Of a stretch of DNA of 64,000 nt, positions 35,058-46,780 are shown piece by piece. How positions within the stretch are numbered: position 1 is the first letter of the stretch; every line of letters starts with the position of its first letter. Made by a program: the position numbers and the translations under genes. Under the pieces are notes generated by a model, which saw only the letters and a list, made by a program, of their open reading frames with translations, was not told where the DNA came from and searched no databases. This stretch comes from Eukaryota sp. GEM-RC1 (Eukaryota): positions 558,001-622,000 of the forward strand of contig JAUFOQ010000003.1 in assembly GCA_040285855.1 (NCBI GenBank), in the 5' to 3' direction.

Positions 35058-36490
35058 TAGGGATGCCGAATATTGGATTGGCAATATATTGGTATCGGAA
35101 AATGACTTACCAATCAATACTGTATTGGATCCAATATATTGGTCAATATTGCAATACGATCAGTTTATTAAGATTTTTATTAAGATTGTATCAGTTTATA
35201 AAACTCATCAAGTAAAAACTATCTAAGAACATCATACATTTAATCTTGCTCATCTTCTACACTCCAATGTGATACACAGGCAGTACTGGTAGTGTTTACG
35301 TTCCAAAGACTGCTGTTGTAGTGGAGCCAAATCCTTTGCAGCAATTCCTGGCGAAAGAGAGCTCTTAATGATTTCCCTGCTTACAGTTGAATGCGACACT
35401 GTATTGGACCCGCAGAACCAGTTTCACCGTTCAGAAGATGTTTTATTAGGAGCAGATGCCTATTTTTCGGCAATTGAAACTGTTTTAAGCGCCTTTGGCA
35501 ACTTCAGCCAATATAGCTTTTGTGGTGGGCGATAATTGCAGTACCAACAAAAGACTTAGTGATCTCCTAGGAGTCCCACTGGTTGGATATAACTCGCATC
35601 GCTTTGCATTGGAAGTCAAAAAATAGGGAACAGTTCAATAATCAGTTAGGATCGGTTGATAAACTCTTTAGAGAACTTCGAAACATCAAAAATTTGATAG
35701 TGTTGAAAACCATTACTACAAAGATGCCCCTGTTAAGAAATGCAACTCGATGGAGCTCGACCTTTGCTATGATTAAACGACATTTGCAGTATTTGGACAA
35801 ACACGTTTATGACCATTTTGGGAGAGATGTTAATCGGTTTGTACCCACTAGATTGCAAAATGATGATCTAAAGGAATTGTACAGAAAGTATCAAGAATTT
35901 GATGTCATTACTCGTTTTCTACAACGACAAATGTCACGTTGTGTATGATTCGCAGTGCTTTCAGATTACTCTGTGAGAAGCACCCTTCAATTGAGAATTT
36001 TCTCTCATTTGATGCTGACAGACCCTTTGACATTGTGTACTGCCCAATATTTGAATCGGCTATAATTAAGATTTTGAATGGCAAGGAAAGTGAGCGAAGT
36101 AACGAAGAAGAATTGTCTGTAAGAGCTTTACTTAGATCAAGACCAGACGCAGAAATGGAATCCGCTGAAAATAACCAAAGCCAGCCCGTTGAGCTGAGTT
36201 AAGAAGATGAGCTTTCTGAAATTGCCAACCCTTTAGGTACTGACTCAAAATATTTCGATCTCTCCTTTATTCCAGGGACAAGCAACGAGGTGGAAAGACT
36301 GTTTAGTCGTGCCAAATTCACTGCATGCAGTTTACGTGCTGGACTTAATTCTTTAAGTCTCGAAAAACAAATTCTTCTCAAGTATAATAGTAGTTTTTGG
36401 AATGAAGACTCTTTGAGAAGAATTCTGGCAACAACACCATGTGCTGATCTGCTTGAGGAAGATTGTGACTCAGATGAAGGTGTTTTGTAA
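35058..36490 (+). mobile_element. Degenerate hAT transposon (left end plus broken transposase)
   Basis: TAGGGATGCCGAATATTGG end with CCAAT/ATTGG repeats; VVGDNCSTNK, NATRWSSTFAMI, FESAIIKI and IPGTSNEVERLFSRAK spread over several frames. A possible right end lies near 39150-39210; no TSD found. Confidence 0.85.
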
Positions 36491-36581
36491 GATCACCAGT
36501 ATTTATTGACATTTAAAAAATATATATATTTATTTTTTCATAGCAATAACAATATATGTATTTTTTCTCAAAACAATAACA

Positions 36582-36631
36582 ATCTGTGGAATTCAGTTCA
36601 AATGCATCTGTGGAATTCAGTTCAAATGCAT
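36582..36631 (+). repeat. Perfect 24-bp tandem duplication (probable subterminal repeat)
   Basis: ATCTGTGGAATTCAGTTCAAATGC occurs twice. The junction (36596-36614) has a 15/19 inverted match to 38983-39001. Confidence 0.85.
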
Positions 36632-36681
36632 TTTTCCCAAATAAATCCCAGTAATCACCTTGTTTCTTTTTTCTTCTCTTC

Positions 36682-37506
36682 ATGTTCACACTTGATCCAT
36701 CTGACGATTTGTCTTCTTGTAGAGCATCTGTTACTTATCGTGCATTTGATGGAGATGGTAAGTTCTTTAAGAACATTATCACCTTCTATTACGATGAAGT
36801 TAATAATATCACTCTGCGTTATCTGTTGGATGTTCTTAGGACTCACTTTAGAGATACATCCGTTGCCTGTAACAAGCCACTACCCGAAAATCCTGTGTTA
36901 GCACTTCATGTTAAACAGGGTAGCAATTGGAGAGATGGTACTGATTCTTGGCTCCAGGCCAAAATCGAAGAAAACTCCATCAGCTCGGTTACCAGTCCTC
37001 GTAAGCCAACGCTGGAAATTGGACTAACTGTGGAGAACGTTTCAAAGGAGGAGTATGCTCAACTTGTGACTGCCGCCAACGACCAAGAAGTAATTACCGT
37101 ATCTCCTGAGGAACTTCAGCTCCTACATCCTCACTTGTCGGCTGCAGCCTCCATCTGGGGCGAATGGTCTGCACTTATTGCAGATCGGAAAGCAGAGCAG
37201 GACCGGATTCCTCCTCTTCTGATCCGCTTCTTCAGTCCCGTTGCAGGTCCTCAAAGGCGATCTCAAACTCATGACTTCGAACTTTTATTACAGTTCCTCT
37301 CTCAAGAGCTTCAGGTGATTTCAACCTTGATGAACTCATATCTCAATGATCTGTGTGACCGGTTGCTTATGAGAACTCGGAACGAAATGGAACACTCTAG
37401 AATGCGTTTAGCATCAGCTGCTTTTCTTCCTGAGAACACTCGCCGAAGCCTTCAATTGGAAGAAGAGGCAGAAGACCCTCAACGTCTAAGTGAGCAACAG
37501 CTTTAG
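36682..37506 (+). CDS. Hypothetical 274-aa protein, probable accessory gene of the IS630/Tc1-like transposon
   Basis: Intact ATG-TAG ORF, convergent with the transposase and 45 bp from its stop. Distinctive HPHLSAAASIWGEWSALI..IPPLLIRFF segment and a helical C-terminus. Confidence 0.7.
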   Translation: MFTLDPSDDLSSCRASVTYRAFDGDGKFFKNIITFYYDEVNNITLRYLLDVLRTHFRDTSVACNKPLPENPVLALHVKQGSNWRDGTDSWLQAKIEENSISSVTSPRKPTLEIGLTVENVSKEEYAQLVTAANDQEVITVSPEELQLLHPHLSAAASIWGEWSALIADRKAEQDRIPPLLIRFFSPVAGPQRRSQTHDFELLLQFLSQELQVISTLMNSYLNDLCDRLLMRTRNEMEHSRMRLASAAFLPENTRRSLQLEEEAEDPQRLSEQQL

Positions 37507-37551
37507 TCTTTTAGTCCTTTATATTCAATAAACTACTCGTACTTTCTTTTG

Positions 37552-38623
37552 TTATTCAACACATTCCGCGAGAAACTCAGCATTAGCTAAATAAGGGCTC
37601 TGGAACAATTCTTCAGACTTCCATCCAGCTTTTCTGAAGATTGGTCTACAATCTTTCTTCATCATGGGTAACACATGTTGAACGATTTCTAAGGGAGTAC
37701 TCGATAAAAATTGGGGATGTTCCGACATCATCCTTACTTTCCTCCTTAACATTCCAAAAAAAGCTTCAATTGGATTGTGTTCTGGTGTATACGGTGGAAG
37801 TACATAGTACCGTATACAAGCATTTCTTTCAAACTGTTCACGGTGCCTAAAATTGTGGATCTTACAGCCGTCTAAAACTATGGTTGATCTCTGATTTGGG
37901 TACCTAAACATATATCCTTTGTCAATTAAATCTGTTAAAAAATAGATGAATTGAGAACGACAGTAATGTCCTTCTTGAATATGATGGTACAAATAACCGT
38001 CCTTATCAATGGCAACAATTAAGGAAAGTTGGGCTTGAGACATCAACTTCCTTGTTTTATACACAGGAATTCCTCTAACGGACCTCCCATACTGTCTATG
38101 AAAGTGCTCTGAACGAAAACTCACTTCATCTATAAAAACCAGCTGATCTTGAACTATAATACCAAGCTCTCGTCTCATTTTTGGCTTCAAACTGAAGTAT
38201 CAGTCTGAGTTTGGCCCTTCTCATCAGAACAACACATTTTTTCCTGGTAAATCCCTTTTTAACCAAAACCCTGTGTATGGTTGATACCGATATCGACATC
38301 CTCCATCTTATACAAAATTTGTATCGTATTTCTCTGAGAAAAGACGAAGGATCCGATTGGATCTCATCCACAATAAACTGCTCTTGTTCATCGCTAAGCA
38401 TACCTCTTGTTGTTAAAATACCTTGATTTGATGGGTCAAAAAGTTTGTTGACCCATCTACTAAGAGTGGATTGGTTTACACCAAAGAAATTCCCGACATC
38501 TTTTTGTGCATAATCACTAAAGAGATAAGTGTAACACGCTCTAACTTTGGTATCATCAGAAGCGTGAACTTTGAGAGTTCGTAGTTCGTTAAAAGATAGA
38601 ATGAAGTCAAAGGAAAAGGGCAT
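37552..38623 (-). CDS. IS630/Tc1-like DD34E transposase
   Basis: N-terminal HTHs (QKDVGNFFGVNQSTLSRWV; ISVSTIHRVLVKKGFTRKK), VFIDEVSF, IVLDGCKIH and LPPYTPEHNPIE, with 34 residues between the second D and the E. The two ORFs join by removing one A from the A5 run at about 38180. Confidence 0.93.
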
Positions 38624-38921
38624 AAGAAGTAAACAGACAAATGACAGATCAGTATTTATTTAGGACGAACTTTCTCACACTATAAGAAGGATGAGAGTAT
38701 CATCTGAATCTCACCTTCGTTCTTTACAACGCCTTCCGCACTCTCCTAGAGACTAGGGGAGGGATACTTAACGCTTTAACGGACGACTAATGATCAGATA
38801 TTGTGTTCACATTCAGAACTCTCCAATACCTTGTTTACTACAAGGAAATAGAGCTTTTAGTTTCTAGTTGTAGTTGTAGGGGAGTCAGGTGTCATAAAAG
38901 TTGTTTGTTCATGTGTTTATC

Positions 38922-38952
38922 AGTTGGGGACGAAAAGAGTTGGGGACGAAAA
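38922..38952 (+). repeat. 16-bp tandem repeat upstream of the transposase
   Basis: AGTTGGGGACGAAAA(G) occurs twice. Confidence 0.8.
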
Positions 38953-39541
38953 TGAAATTCCCAATATGCACCCAAAAAGACGTTCACAGATGTATTTAAA
39001 TAAATATCTTCACACACCTGACTTGAACTTGCACGAACAACACAAAATAGCTGTCAACCTGAAGTAGAATTCTATGTGCCAAAACATTTAAATTTTTTTA
39101 TAACATTTAAATGCTACTAAAAACACATGTAATGCCATCTGGAAACAATCTGAAACAATATACTGCCAATCAATCCGATATCATTGGAATTACTCCAAAT
39201 ATACATCCTGAAAAGAAACAACCAAGAAGGAACACAGACATAATCCAAGTAGAATGTCATTAAAAGTACATGTACCGTCACATAAGTGCCATGGAGAACA
39301 AAGAAGGTGAACTAAATGATCAACCACTGGAGATATGACACTGTTTTACATAAAACAGTGTATAGCTGGTTTTTGCCACATATAGTCAATGTAAATGGAC
39401 AGTGGAAGTACTGAAGACCGGAAGGGGAATCAATTCCAAGATCAAACTGTGAATAGACAGCCTAAATGAAACATCAGATGCGTTTGTCAAGGTGTCATTT
39501 TCAGTTTTGGAAATCTCTCTCAAGACTATCAGTCTCTCCTA

Positions 39542-40306
39542 ATGACTGAGACTCGTAAACGTCGTTCTTCAAGTAAAACCAGTACGAAAAAGAGTAAGAC
39601 AAAACGAGTAGAACTCGATGATGCTCCTCCACCTGTTGTTCTTCTCTCTCCTCAACGAATTCACGAGGATGCATATGTTCCAGAACCTCGTTACATCGAA
39701 TGTAAACTTGACTGTACTCATAACTTTGACATATCTTCTTCACATCCGCGACTTCTAATTCAAATCGCCAAGAATCTATCCCTAGAAAGCCTATCATTTG
39801 TTTCAGACCTTTCCTTTGACTTTTCATCTTCAGAATCTCAAACAATCATCCTTGATCATCCTTCTGAACCTCATGTCCAACTTAAACTCGCTCTAGAGCG
39901 TATAAGTAGCCCTATCGCTCTCTTTCCCCTTGTTCCATCTGCAGAAAAGAAGACTCTCCTCCCAGATAAACAATTCACTCACTCTTTGATCATTACTACT
40001 CTGAATAACATTACTGTGGAGCCTATGCCAGTTCCTCAGCCACCACCATTCCCTGTCCCCCAAGTGCCTCTTCGTTCCACTGTAGCTCTTAACACCCCCA
40101 GTAGTTCTTATAGTACGATTCCCCCATCGCCAGTTACTGATCCTCTTCCTTATCTGCCGGATTCTGCTTTTGAAGTTAAGAAACAAAAGAAATCTAAAAA
40201 AGATAAGGATGGGAAGAAGAAAAAGAAGAAGAAAGACAGGGAAGAAAAGGTTGATGATGTTAGTAAAGAAGAGCGTAAAAAGAAAAAGAAGAAGTCTAAA
40301 GAATAG
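39542..40306 (+). CDS. Lys-rich-tail nuclear protein, possibly RNA polymerase I subunit A34/RPA34-like
   Basis: LLIQIAKNLSLESL, PLVPS..QFTHSLII, a Pro-rich VPQVPLRS segment and a KKKKK/DE tail resemble RPA34 architecture. No diagnostic motif. Confidence 0.45.
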   Translation: MTETRKRRSSSKTSTKKSKTKRVELDDAPPPVVLLSPQRIHEDAYVPEPRYIECKLDCTHNFDISSSHPRLLIQIAKNLSLESLSFVSDLSFDFSSSESQTIILDHPSEPHVQLKLALERISSPIALFPLVPSAEKKTLLPDKQFTHSLIITTLNNITVEPMPVPQPPPFPVPQVPLRSTVALNTPSSSYSTIPPSPVTDPLPYLPDSAFEVKKQKKSKKDKDGKKKKKKKDREEKVDDVSKEERKKKKKKSKE

Positions 40307-40819
40307 TCTTTGGTTAGGTTTTTGTAGTTTTTTATTTTATTTTAGTTGAACTTTTTGTTGTATTTGGTTGGCTTTATTATTTTTTCCGATTAATTTCTTA
40401 ATTAATATAATTCCCATTCTGTTAGATTCATCAATCCCTTGATCTGTTTATTAAAACAAAATTCTTGTTGTAGTTTCAAGATCGTACGTCAATAACAACA
40501 ACAAAACGACCAAGAATGTTGTTTTGTCTCATTGTTTCAACATAGTGTTTCTGCACTATGTATGTTTAGTATGTATGACTCTGAAAATACTAATTTCACA
40601 TTGTCTGTAAGATATTTGGTCTCCTGTTATTTTGTGTATGGAGCGAACCATTTGACAAGAACGTTATCATGAGATTTGATCGTTTCATCAAAGTTTTCCT
40701 GGTTCAGGACAGTTACTGAGGCCAATGTGAGCAATTGAGAATTAACAGCTCTAAGACAGAAGGAAATCATTCTGGATCTTTTGAGTGAGGTTTGTTGTTG
40801 TTTGTTCGATCAACTCAAA

Positions 40820-43499
40820 ATGTCGTACATTGATCCTTGCGTTCTAGAGGATCCTTTCCGGCTGCTCAATCGGGCAAATGCCAGTCCTTCTCTACTTTGC
40901 CCTTTTTCACAATCTCTCCTGGTTTCTACCCTTTCTCATCTCCTAGAAAATGTCTTACATCATTATCTTGACGTAGACCGCCACAATCCACATCGTATAC
41001 TCCGTTATTTGTTAGAAAATATCCTCGTTCGATTTAATCAACTAGGTATCGTGAGTCAACGTTTTCATGATGCTTTCCACACAGCAATTCAATTCCTGTT
41101 AGAAACCACTACGTTTCCTGCAGTTTCTAAACTGCAGGGAACTAAAGACATCTCTTTGCTTTCCTCGGTTACTTCATTCTTTGGAGCCAAGATTCAATCC
41201 ATCTTTTTAATCGCAGATAGTTCTACTAACATTGATGACATTCCTACTGATTCTACTTGTATATCTGGATTAAGTTTAAAGCTGACCCAACCAATTCAAT
41301 TTTCTTTTAAAACTGTAGTCCCTTTACAACGATTTGACTTTTGTTTGGATATGACTACACCATCGACTTCGCTGGTACAATCACTTTTGATCACCCAGCT
41401 CTTGAATTATATTTAAAACTTGTTCGTTTGACTGAAGATGATGTGATTAACCTTACAAAAGTTCTTCCTTTAATTACTTATCGTCACACCTTCTCATTTA
41501 CCTGCACTTTCTTTCAAAAGGTACTAGTACGCAAAGAGACATTAAAACAACTCTTCAACTCACTTTCCAAAACCAATCTATTCACTTACTTAATCTATCA
41601 AACTTTCTTATTCCCACATCTTCTGCCATGCTTCCACTACTTCATAGTTCCTCCTTAAGGTCACTTGTTTTTCCTAGAATTCGTCGTATTGATTCATGTG
41701 TATTTGATAGTGTTGTTAGTAATTCTTCTTTGAGAGAGATATCTTTTGAGTACATGAATTTAATTTCTGAAGATTTAGCGAAAGTAGCAAAGTCAAATTC
41801 TGTTTTAAACAAATTGGACATTTTAGAATGTGGTTTTTCATTTTCATTTTCACCATTATTTAATTCTATTGAAGCCAACTCTTCCTTGATGGAATTAGAC
41901 ATCAGATTATCAATGAAACCACTTAATGGCCGAGAACTTCTATCATTATTGAAAATGTTGGAATTGAATTCTACTTTAGTCGTTCTCATTCTTCATGGAG
42001 CGCTTTTTGAATCCTTAAAAGGTGTTCTTGATGTACTGAAGGTCAACTCTGTTCTGAAAAAGGTGACATTTCCTTCTCTCAAATTGGGTTGCTTAATTGA
42101 TATACTTGAAGCCAACTTACCAAGCTCAATTATATCTTACCCCCCCTCACTCAATCAATTTTGACTGTGGCTCGATTGCCTATGATAACGCCGTTGATGG
42201 TAATGATTTAGTTGCTCTGTCGAAAGCTTTAGACTCCAGCATTGTTATTAATAGGCTTTCTAGTTTCGGGGTACAAAATTTGAGTTTTGGAGGACTTTTG
42301 GCTTTGATGAAGATTCTAGCTAAACAATCAAATTTGATTGACTTTCCAATTGCTCCACAACGTATTGATCTTGAACACGGTATGATCCATTATTCCAGAG
42401 ACTTCTTACCTATATTTCCTCAAGAGTTTTCCTCTCTCAACTCTTTCCTGACCGATGTAGATGTTAATCAGCTTTCAATGAATGAGTGTCGATTTACCGA
42501 TGATGTGATTCTTGTACTTTCTGATTTAATTTGAAGCAACACGTCATTGGCTGCAGTTAATTTTAGTTCTTGTGATTTATCATTTGAAGCTATTAAACAA
42601 TTACTTGGTGTGATGAATTTCGAGTCTCGTTCTGGTCTTGAGACCTTGGTTTTGGACTATAACTGTTTTGGTCTAGAAGGACCTTTGGCCTTGGCTGATG
42701 TGTTGAGTGGATCTTGTTCGCTGTCCAGTCTTCTCTATCTTACAATTCAATTGGTACTGAAGGTGCCTTGTGGTTGGCGGAGTCTTTGAAGAGTAACACA
42801 TCAATATCTTTTCTTGACATAAGTGCCAATACTATAGGCGATGAAGGTGCTGTTGCAATAGCTGAAATGTTGTAGATGAATTCAACAATTAATAATATCA
42901 ATTTGAGCGGCAATTCTATCAGCGATGAAGGTGTTATCACCATAGCTGAGTTTTTACAGGTTAATGCTACAATTACTCGTATTTATTTACGATGTAACTC
43001 TATTGGTAACAAAGGTGCCATTGTGATAGCTAACGCTCTGAAATCAAATTCTACTGTTACTGAAATTATTCTAGGAGAAAACTCCATTGGACATGAAGGT
43101 GCCATTGCATTAGCTGAAACTCTTAAGGTCAATTCAACTATTACTAAGATCAATTTAAAGTTCAGACACATTGGGAATGAAGGTGCTGTTGCATTTGCCC
43201 ATGCTTTAACTATTAATTCAACAGTTACTTGGATTAGTATGTTTGCAAACTCAATTGGATCTAATGGAATTTTAGCTTTGGCTGATATGTTAAAAGAAAA
43301 TGATACGATTACTCTAATTAAATTAGGTGGCAATTGCCTATCTATCGAAGGAGCCATGGTGTTTGCTGACGCCGCTAAGCAGAATTTTGAAAATGTTGAT
43401 GTTAATTTAGAAACAGATGTTTCATTCCCTGGTTTGAATCTGCTTTCAATTACGAGAAACTCAAAAGGAAACAGTAGAACTCTAAATATTTCGTTTTAA
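40820..43499 (+). pseudogene. Ribonuclease-inhibitor/NLRC3-type LRR protein gene, disrupted
   Basis: 28-aa repeats NSTITxIxLxxNSIGxEGAxAxAxxLK. About four frameshifts plus in-frame stops TGA 42532-42534 and TAG 42873-42875. Confidence 0.8.
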
Positions 43500-43799
43500 A
43501 TGATATACATTTTGGATTTTAACACAAAGGTTCCTGATTCAAAATGTACATTCAGACATTTCTTTTTAATTCAAGCAAGTTATACAATACAACGAGAATG
43601 AATAACAAGAACTTCTCAAAACGAGACTTTCTAAAGGAGATTAATGAAAATTTCAAAATCTGTCAAATAAATGTGTCACAACATTTGGTTTGCGCTACAA
43701 ATCAGAAAATTCAAATAATCAGAAACCATTCATCATCATTGAAAACATACACCATACATTCTATACATAAGATTTTATCGAGAACACTCAAAAAAAACA

Positions 43800-46271
43800 C
43801 TACAAACATAATTTGGTAGTAATTCCAGCGTACATTCCAGGATGGTAAGAAGCAGCCTCAGGGGGGAAGTAACTGATGAATAAACCTTAATGTTTCTGAA
43901 TCAAATAGGTCAGAATACAATCCCATAAGTCCAAAATCAACAGTCACACACTCTTCAGATGACGTCGTGAAAGAAAACACCGACTTAGTAAGAGATGCAT
44001 CTTGAGGGAAAAAGACCAAAGCAAAAGGTCCTTTCTGGAGCTCTTCATACCCAGGATCGATAGCAACTTCCTCTTTGGAATCAGGAACAGAAACCATAAA
44101 GTTGAAGTAATTAGGATGATTGACCGTGATCAACCATGATCTCTGCTTTCCTTCAACGACAGCCTCACCAGAAACTCCAACTAAAGGAAGTGGTTGAGTG
44201 GATGGTAAGTCAACAGAGATAAAACGACTAGCCATGAATTCAACCATGTTATCAAAAAGAACAGCTGGAAGAGGATCAAATTCCACATCATCATACGAGA
44301 CTTTGTGAGACTTCAGATGCTTAGAAACCCTAGAGAGTGGAAGTTTTGATCCAATAACGACATGAGATACGGATTCATTGATATGAAAGTTGAAACTTTC
44401 GTTTTGGACAATCTCAATGCTAGTCTTCTGAGTCGCATGAGAGAACATGTTTGTTAATTGGGGTCTAGCAGAGGTGTTGCCTACCACTATAGGAGATAAT
44501 ACAAACAACAAGATAAAAAAGCCAAGAACTCCTAACAAGATCTTCTTCATTTTGGTAGTAATTAATTCGTGATCATAGTAGAATAAAGTGGCAAAAAGAC
44601 CGCTGGGAATATAACAACAGTAAATCATGAGTAACAATTCGATATCCATGCCTTGGTTAACTGCAAAAGGTGCGAAACTCATCCAGACAGGAATTAATAT
44701 GAACAAATGAAGCAAAAGAGCAACTAAAGAGGAGACATTTCGAACAAATTGAACATCGTCCCAAGAACAAGACTTAAAGGTAACACTAGATTGCCCACTC
44801 TCAGTAAGTGACTCCGTTACTGAGAGTTTGTTCATATGGACCATAGTTGTCTTTTGTTCAGTTTGGTAGTGTTTACGGCGATAAATAAATAACAAAAACG
44901 CAGAATGAACAGTTGAAATGATAGAAACAAAAATAAAAGGAACAGCAAAACAAGAGAGAAACGTCAAAATGAAGGTAGCAATTGAGACATCCAATGAAGC
45001 CATATCAAACTCACTTCTCTTGTGAGTAACAATATAAATAATAACCCCAATCAAAGTGTAAATAAAGTAAGAGAAATGGGGGAAACTGAAACAACAATAG
45101 TGGGATGAATAAGTCCAGCAATAATACCAACAGCAATAGGACCGAATAAAGGCAACAACCACCTAAACCAGCCATTTTCAGCATAAGCCGAATTCAAGGT
45201 GATCTTCTTGTAGGTAATGAGTATAGCAATGTTGATGATTAACAGAAGTAAGGCTACTCCAATGGGCGCCAATGGAGAGAAAACAAAGGAAATACCAAAG
45301 AACTTAGACGCACAATACAAAGAAAGGGGTTCCTGAGCTTTGGAATCGTCATCAAGAGTACAACGACCAATATCAAGGGCATAATCACCAAATGATTGAA
45401 TTTGACCAGGGACCAAATTGAACACGTCATCAAGTGGTGTGTGATAGTAGCTCATATCATCCAGAATACCTAACTCAACTACATTGACTCCAGCATCTAC
45501 AAACTGATATCCATCAGTTCTACCGAATCCAAGAGGTGATAACCAAGGACGGAGGTCAACTCCAGACTTAGTTAAACACTTTGGAAGAGGACCTGAAGAG
45601 GAGGAGACGAACCAAACAGCAGGAGCAGTCTGACCTGCGGAACAATCAAGGTTGATGATGCCGGCAGAAGGCTGGGCCCAAGGGTGAGTCTTGACAACAG
45701 AGCTTCCAAGAAGACCCATCTCCTCTCCATTAACGAAGACAAAAGAGATGGCTTTGGAGGGAGGATCAGCGGCGAAGGAACGGAGAAGCTCTAACATTAG
45801 AATGGTTCCACTAGCATCATCGAGAGCACCAAACATCGTAGTAACTGAGTCAAAATGGGCAGCGTAACCTACATGAGGAGAACATGAATCATTAACTGGG
45901 GATAGGCATACAATAACGTTGCGTAAATTGGTCCAGATTTTCTGGTCTGGTCCATGCATACTACTTTGTGTACCGTTCCCGTCAATGGTTTGATACATGA
46001 TGTGAGCATCAGGATACAGTGTTTGGATCGTGCCAACTTCTTTAAGGATCCAAGCGACTGATGAAGTAGATTTGGAAGTACCAACAACTCTCACATCGAC
46101 TTCGGTCTTAAAACGCATCAGAAAGTCAAATGCCCGTCCTTCAGAAAATAGAGTTTCATCAGAATGTGCAACAATAGGATCATGAAGACTGTATCTCTGA
46201 TTCTTAGCTAGTTGATAAGCTAGATAGACGACAAGAAAGACGAGAGGAAGAAGATGACGTGGAGAACGCAT
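43800..46271 (-). CDS. M28 zinc metallopeptidase with multi-pass membrane domain (ERMP1/Pff1-like)
   Basis: AAHFDSV, GALDDASG, NGEEMGLLGS, INLD, RTDG and YHTPLD, followed by several TM helices. Frameshifts at homopolymer runs near 45080 and 43863. Confidence 0.88.
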
Positions 46272-46780
46272 CTAGATCTTGATAACAAAATTAACGGTCG
46301 ACATTAATAAAGGTCAAATTAGCAAATTAGGCTCATTTTTCTGACCTCTCCAACGACCGCACAGGAATCTTGACTGCCTATTTTTCTGGAACGCTAATTA
46401 AAATGGTGAGAGCTCTATTTCTACATTTTTCCGTGTGTTGTAGGTTAACTCCAATACAAACAAACGTCTTTTACTTACCATCACAAAAAAACACTATCAC
46501 CATTAACAAATACATCATCCTGGTTTATATTTCAAATTCAAGTTACATCCCGTTGAACCCACTCATATTATTTTGAACCTGGGCAACGAATATTGATTTC
46601 AATTCATAGGAGCTTTTCTCATGACGTAGTAGCTATTATTAGTACATCTTACACATTTAAACACATCGCTTTTCAACTTTGTTCATTTATTCTGTCGTGG
46701 TATTCATTGTCAGCCTTAAAAACCAATTTAATAGCCAAAACAATCACCGATTTTTATTAATGTTTAAGAAATCTAAAATT

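Noticed and set aside
36582..36631. CRISPR-like repeat
   Set aside because: Two directly adjacent copies with no spacer, no cas genes, and a eukaryotic context.
36682..37506. Fanzor/TnpB nuclease as cargo of the IS630-like element
   Set aside because: No RuvC-I DxG, RuvC-II E, RuvC-III D or zinc-finger cysteines, and the protein is short.
42532..42875. Stop-codon reassignment suggested by in-frame TAG/TGA
   Set aside because: Conserved genes end in TAA, TAG or TGA and have no internal stops. In-frame stops occur only in decayed TEs and the LRR gene.
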